DNA from: Fistulifera solaris
Taxonomy: Eukaryota
Assembly: GCA_030295235.1 (NCBI GenBank)
Contig: AP026129.1
Coordinates: 620,001-684,000 of the forward strand
DNA: 64,000 bases
Reading direction: 5' to 3'
The notes under the pieces were generated by a model that was not told the origin of the DNA, made no database searches, and saw nothing but the letters and a program-made list of their open reading frames with translations. The position numbers were made by a program, and so were the translations under genes. Below are positions 62,364 to 64,000 of this stretch, piece by piece; position 1 is the stretch's first letter; each line of letters begins with the position of its first letter.

Positions 62364-64000
62364 TTACAACTCGTCGCCATCTTCTTCGCAACCGTTCCTT
62401 ATGGTTGTGCCAAACATTTGTTCCACATTAACATCAGCGTCAACCCCAGATCGATTCATAGCATCCGAGACTACCAGGAAGCATGCGGAAGGCACAGAAT
62501 GTGATACCATCCACGAAAAAAGCCAGAGCAGAACTCTGTTTTTGCTGTCCTGCAAGGTCGAGAACCAGCAAATGACGTCGCTACAAGTCATATTTCGGAG
62601 CACCACAAGCATCAGCAACTCCATTTCTTCCTTTAAAAAAGATTTCGTGTCAGTGCATTCAAGCGTTTGAACACACGTCTGAATGGCGGGGGCCAGATTG
62701 ACCTGTAATGAAAAGCGGTACGATCGAATGGCTTTACAGGCCGAAACTACAACTTTTTCGTTGCCCCCTTGTTCGAGGACCTTGATGAGAGTTTTCAACA
62801 CCCCTCTGCAATCTAGAACTTCTCGACTAAGGCTTTGAAAAATGACAGCCATCGAGTTGCATGAACCCCAACAATGCCTTTTCCGCGCAGATCGCTGTTT
62901 CCAACTTAAAACGAGATTGTCTGCGTTGCTCGGCAAACTCCTTTTCATTCGCCGTTCAAGTGCGTAAACGATTTTAACAACATAAGGTACAAGTTGCTCA
63001 ACGTCTGTTTGCGTCAAGAACAGTGCCGCTATTTGACCAATGGATCGAATGGCATTATTGATTACCTTTTCATCGTCGTCTTCTAATTTCTCAAGGCATT
63101 GATGTGAGACGATAATCCACAACGGTATTGAATGCAGATTCGCTCCACTAGAACGTAATGCAAAAGACAAATTGCCAACAACAAACAGTGACATACACCG
63201 AACTTGAGCATTCTTTTCGTGCATAGTAGTTCTGACAGCTTGAAGAATTTTGCTCTGTCGAGTATTCTCGGAGTTCGAATCCATACATAGGTTGGAGCAA
63301 ACATTGCCCAACCCTTTTAAACTCACAGCACGCCATTTTGTATTGATTCTCTGATCGGTGCAAAATAAAATCATGCTTTCTAATAAATTGTCGATGTTCT
63401 CCTGCCGAGCCCAATCTTCGGCGCGCATGTACCCACAACACGAACAAACCGTTGCAGCAACGGAATGATCTTCCGCAAGACCAACCAGGATGTGATCCCA
63501 CCAAGCGGGTGGTATGATCCGGTGATAGGTGTCCTCCAAATAGCGCCCTTTTAGTATTGCTTCCAGCAAATCGAATCCACGTTTCTCTCCTTGGAGAGCG
63601 AACAGCGTGTCTTGGAATTGATACCACAGCACATCATGATTAGCGAACATGACATAATTCGAAGTCAAAATAGAGCACAAAACAGGTCGCAAGGAAGTCA
63701 TTTCTATTCGATTCCGATTCTCTTGAAAGAGTTGCAAAAGTTCTGTGACCCATTTAATCCCACGGTCCGAATCTAACCATACTTTCATGAAAGGACTCAT
63801 TGGAGTTTTACTTCCTTCTGGTGTTACTTGTCCGCCGCACAATTCGAGAAAGACACCCCGTACTTTCTTGTCTGAAAGAGAATCAATCAATGAAATAATT
63901 ATATCGTCACAAGGACTTTGCAGTGTCTCCTGCCAAGGAATACACCGTAAAAGGCTTTGTATCAGCGAAAGAATTTCTCGTGATTTTTCTCGTTGAAAGC
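62364..64000 (-). CDS. HEAT-repeat protein (HEATR6-like), 5' end beyond the window
   Basis: Helical HEAT-type repeats NAQVRCMSLFVVGNL, DDDEKVINNAIRSIG, CWGSCNSM and NEKVVVSACKAI. Confidence 0.65.
   Translation of the reverse strand, partial: FQREKSREILSLIQSLLRCIPWQETLQSPCDDIIISLIDSLSDKKVRGVFLELCGGQVTPEGSKTPMSPFMKVWLDSDRGIKWVTELLQLFQENRNRIEMTSLRPVLCSILTSNYVMFANHDVLWYQFQDTLFALQGEKRGFDLLEAILKGRYLEDTYHRIIPPAWWDHILVGLAEDHSVAATVCSCCGYMRAEDWARQENIDNLLESMILFCTDQRINTKWRAVSLKGLGNVCSNLCMDSNSENTRQSKILQAVRTTMHEKNAQVRCMSLFVVGNLSFALRSSGANLHSIPLWIIVSHQCLEKLEDDDEKVINNAIRSIGQIAALFLTQTDVEQLVPYVVKIVYALERRMKRSLPSNADNLVLSWKQRSARKRHCWGSCNSMAVIFQSLSREVLDCRGVLKTLIKVLEQGGNEKVVVSACKAIRSYRFSLQVNLAPAIQTCVQTLECTDTKSFLKEEMELLMLVVLRNMTCSDVICWFSTLQDSKNRVLLWLFSWMVSHSVPSACFLVVSDAMNRSGVDADVNVEQMFGTTIRNGCEEDGDEL

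Overview
This is gene-dense eukaryotic nuclear DNA, most likely from a (pennate) diatom. The evidence is short GT-AG introns of about 67-105 nt, bipartite signal-peptide plus 'AF' plastid presequences, RxL motifs, and HA-domain and Cys-rich families. About 29 protein-coding genes are supported, including PRP8, UTP14, HADHA, a plastid-type DnaG primase, HflX, ClpS, PGM2, a polyprenyl diphosphate synthase, WIPI/ATG18, two SNAREs, an atypical MAPK, a folate-biopterin transporter and a mucin-like membrane protein with a PDZ domain. I found no tRNA, rRNA, CRISPR array or intact transposon; there is one decayed non-LTR retrotransposon 3' fragment at about 19.1-19.4 kb. About 17 single-base frameshifts, in both directions and nearly all in homopolymer runs, break about 13 genes. 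Long-read consensus error is the simplest explanation, so the ORF track fragments many real genes. I found no clear-cut new multi-gene system. The best leads are unusual single-protein architectures (TKH-loop MAPK, Cys-less radical-SAM homologue, mucin-PDZ protein, extended DnaG, prion-like cyclophilin) and recurrent intergenic motifs. All family assignments come from motif recognition by eye, not from database searches.
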